Part shown: positions 61,450-64,000 of the stretch, piece after piece
Position numbering within the stretch: the stretch's first letter is position 1
Layout: the number at the start of each line of letters is the position of its first letter
Origin: Dicyema japonicum
Taxonomy: Eukaryota; Animalia; Dicyemida
Direction: 5' to 3'
NCBI GenBank assembly: GCA_011109175.1
Contig: RDEW01000006.1
Coordinates: forward strand, 359,668-423,667
DNA length: 64,000 nt
Notes under the pieces: model-generated
The model's input: only the letters and a program-made list of their open reading frames with translations
Told to the model about the DNA's origin: nothing
Databases searched by the model: none
Program-made: the position numbers and the translations under genes

Positions 61450-63180
61450 TGAACTCCCTCACCCGGTTTACCAAAATCCCACACCCAAGGAGTCGAGAGA
61501 ATCAATATGAGTCTCCCTAATCCTCTGGGATGATATCGCAGAGTTTTCTATGAAAAAGGTAGAATGAATCGGAACTCAAATTCAGATCAATTGCTTCGCA
61601 CTTTTCATTGTTAAATTCCAGACCAATTTTTCCACACAAACGTCTGATCGATGCAACTGTGGAGAGAATATCATCGGGACTTCCACCGAGAATACAATCG
61701 TCCAGATACCAGACGTTTAGTGGAGTGCAACGGTCCTGGGCAATGTGGTCGATAGACAAGGAAAATAGAAGAGATTGAGTGGGTCCCCTGTTGAACTCCG
61801 GATCAGGACGAAATAATTCCACTGCCAAAAACAAGAGGGGATGGATCCGAATACGCGAGATATACAAAGGGATAAATCTGAGGAATCCTCCTCCTACAGG
61901 TATTAAGAACGGTGTCCCTTCTGACTGAATTGAAGGCATTCCGGAGGTCCAATTTGAATAAAACTCTGTCCTCAACATTCAATTCAGCTGATTGTGATCC
62001 AAATTCTCTCACTGCGTGGATCCCAGCTTCACAGCCGCCATTGATTCGGACACCAAGCTGCGAAGGACAAAATTCGACTGAAATTCGGGAGATAACAAAA
62101 CGACAAGCCATTTTTGCGGATAAACGTCGAAATACGTTTCCAATTGCAATGGGGCAAATGCCACCATCTTTCTTTCCAAGGCCCGTTAGATTCGCTGAAA
62201 AGAGGAGATTCCGACCAAAATCGGAAACGTTTCCGGAAAGCATGCGAGCTACGAGATCCCGGGTTCGCTCCAAGAGTAGCGATCCTGGCCTGCCGACAGA
62301 ATGGGACACCAAGTCTGACAGATGGTCAGGTTTGAGACCGTAAACTCCTCCACTGCTACTTCTTCGGAAAGAACAAAGAGCGTTGTAAATGGCTGAAGTG
62401 GAAATATCATGCATAGATTGTTCTGGACGAACAGGTTTACAAACGTCTTCTGGTTTTGGAGGATGTTTCTGTCCCAATATACAGAGTGTCTCCTGAGTGG
62501 CTTTCACTGGGTCATAATCCGTACAAACAGTTCGAACTGCAGCAGTAAGATCGCCCTCCATCAATTTCCTCCTGACACGAGAGCGAAGCCTCTCAGGAGC
62601 CATACTGGATGTTTGGAATTGGACTTTGGGAAGTAATCAACTGGGGAAACAAATAATTCTTCAGCTAGGGACTCCCATGAATCCATAAAGGCACTCACGC
62701 GCTTCTTCAGGACATGGGATAGAGAGGGTTTCCGAGAAGATGGGGCAGGCTTACGCTCTAACCCCATAGCCAGGACAGGGAAAGAAAAAAGAACCATCCA
62801 ATCCTTGTTCGAGCTATTGGACACAGCTTTCTCAATGCAAGAAGAAAGGGCAGAAGCAATTGAGATCCGGGAAGCCTTGGGGATCCTGACAGGGATAATC
62901 TTCCTTTGTCGCGTGTTTGATAATAAAACCAGAAAATCCTCCGGAGACATGGCTTCCATAAGATCTGATACAGATGATGAATACACAAAATGATCATGAG
63001 GTTCAATTTTAGTGAGTTCCAGTCGGCACGACCGGCACGACCACGAGGGAAGTGATCGAGCAATTTTTTTGGATAGTTTTTCACAACCTATGTGGTAGTA
63101 ACCAACACATACAAGAACATCGAATCCCGCACTTGCGAGAATTGGATACTCAGCACCCTTTGCATGAGGTGTCTTCGTGT
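61450..63180 (-). mobile_element. CRE-like RLE LINE (PHD + RT)
   Basis: CVGYYHIGC..WSCRSC; SSGGVYGLKPDHL, GICPIAIGNVFRRL, KLDLRNAFNSV, WYLDD. Confidence 0.9.
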
Positions 63181-63260
63181 AGTACATCACAAAAAACAGA
63201 CATGAATAGATAATAGGAGAGAGGACTGTATATATTAACGACGACAACGACAACAACGAT

Positions 63261-63520
63261 CATCTTAGATTAAACCAAGAGATAATATTTTTTACCCTTT
63301 CCAATTGAGAGATTATAAAAGATTCACAAATAATCATTAATCAAACCATTAGAATATGGTGGCGTCGTAGGTTCTCAAAATAATAATTAATTTTAACCAT
63401 GTGAATATGTTGGCATTTTTGTTTCTTAAAATAATCATCAATGAACCATTAGAATATGCTGGCAAAATTATCCTAATTACATCATTCGTATCACGGTTTA
63501 TAAAGCGTACTTAAATTTAA
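63261..63520 (-). pseudogene. Paralogous micro-exon gene fragment
   Basis: Exons 63447-63509 (63 nt), 63398-63424 (27), 63347-63373 (27) and about 63276-63324; introns 22, 24, 22 nt; last acceptor TG; RFINRDTNDVIRIILPAYSN-ETKMPTYSH-EPTTPPYSN-ESFIISQ. Confidence 0.85.
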
Positions 63521-63720
63521 ATCCTGCCGGCCTTTTTTCCCCAAGCACGTCGAAATTTGCCTTTTTTATTCTACCAACAGTAGCATTCCAAATCATCTCT
63601 GGGGGATTTTCCATATATCTGTTTAAAATCTCTTTCTTAATTGTCATACAATAATCTTCACTCACATAATTTTTCCACAATTAAACGATCCAAATAAGCT
63701 CTCTTCTTTTTAGCTTTGTC
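63520..63720 (-). mobile_element. Small LINE (RTE-like) fragment
   Basis: W..IKK..FDVLGEKRP pattern typical of the APE-RT linker. Confidence 0.4.
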
Positions 63721-64000
63721 TATTCCGAAATATCTTTTCATTCTGCAACCAGCGGTTTATGATCACTATAAGTGATGGTGCCTCCATAGCTGCGGACTCT
63801 GTTAGTAAAGACGAAGAGATCTTTTACATATAACATATCAATCTGATGTATATCCGGACATAGTCACCATTTCCATCCTTTCTGAGTCGATTCCACGTAG
63901 TTTTATGCCTCGCATTGTGGTCGAATGCAGAATTAGAAATAAAGTAGTCAAACATGTTACAAAATTGCACGAGCGATTTTCCTAACATATTCCTCCTTCC

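Noticed and set aside
1732-62993. Many short ORFs in the track lying antisense to or overlapping TE ORFs
   Set aside because: Shadow frames of RT, APE or transposase sequence with no independent motifs

Overview
AT-rich eukaryotic (most likely animal) DNA dominated by nested, mostly degraded transposable elements. These include APE-type LINEs (an I/Jockey-like family, RTE, and ingi/Vingi-like elements with 2A motifs), RLE-type LINEs (CRE-like with PHD finger; NeSL/R4-like), Ginger-like integrase transposons with TGT..ACA TIRs and 5-bp TSDs, hAT/Buster and pogo remnants. I found no rRNA, tRNA, CRISPR array or prokaryotic operon. Between the TEs are host genes that the ORF track misses because they are split by 22-33-nt GT-AG introns, which I spliced by hand: a micro-exon gene (58968-59794, with a rearranged paralog at 63261-63520), an LRR ectodomain gene, a type I membrane protein gene, an EPN C-type lectin and an RS-rich fragment. 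Each carries at least one lesion (stop, frameshift or splice-site change). The two most notable signals are the micro-exon gene family and a covarying pseudoknot with HDV-like topology. That RNA motif occurs in four divergent copies, two of them at the 5' ends of 2A-bearing LINEs, and lacks the canonical HDV catalytic signature. Host identity (tiny-intron parasite such as a myxozoan or dicyemid) is inference only. Boundaries of degraded TEs are approximate, and clade labels come from motif recognition, not database search.
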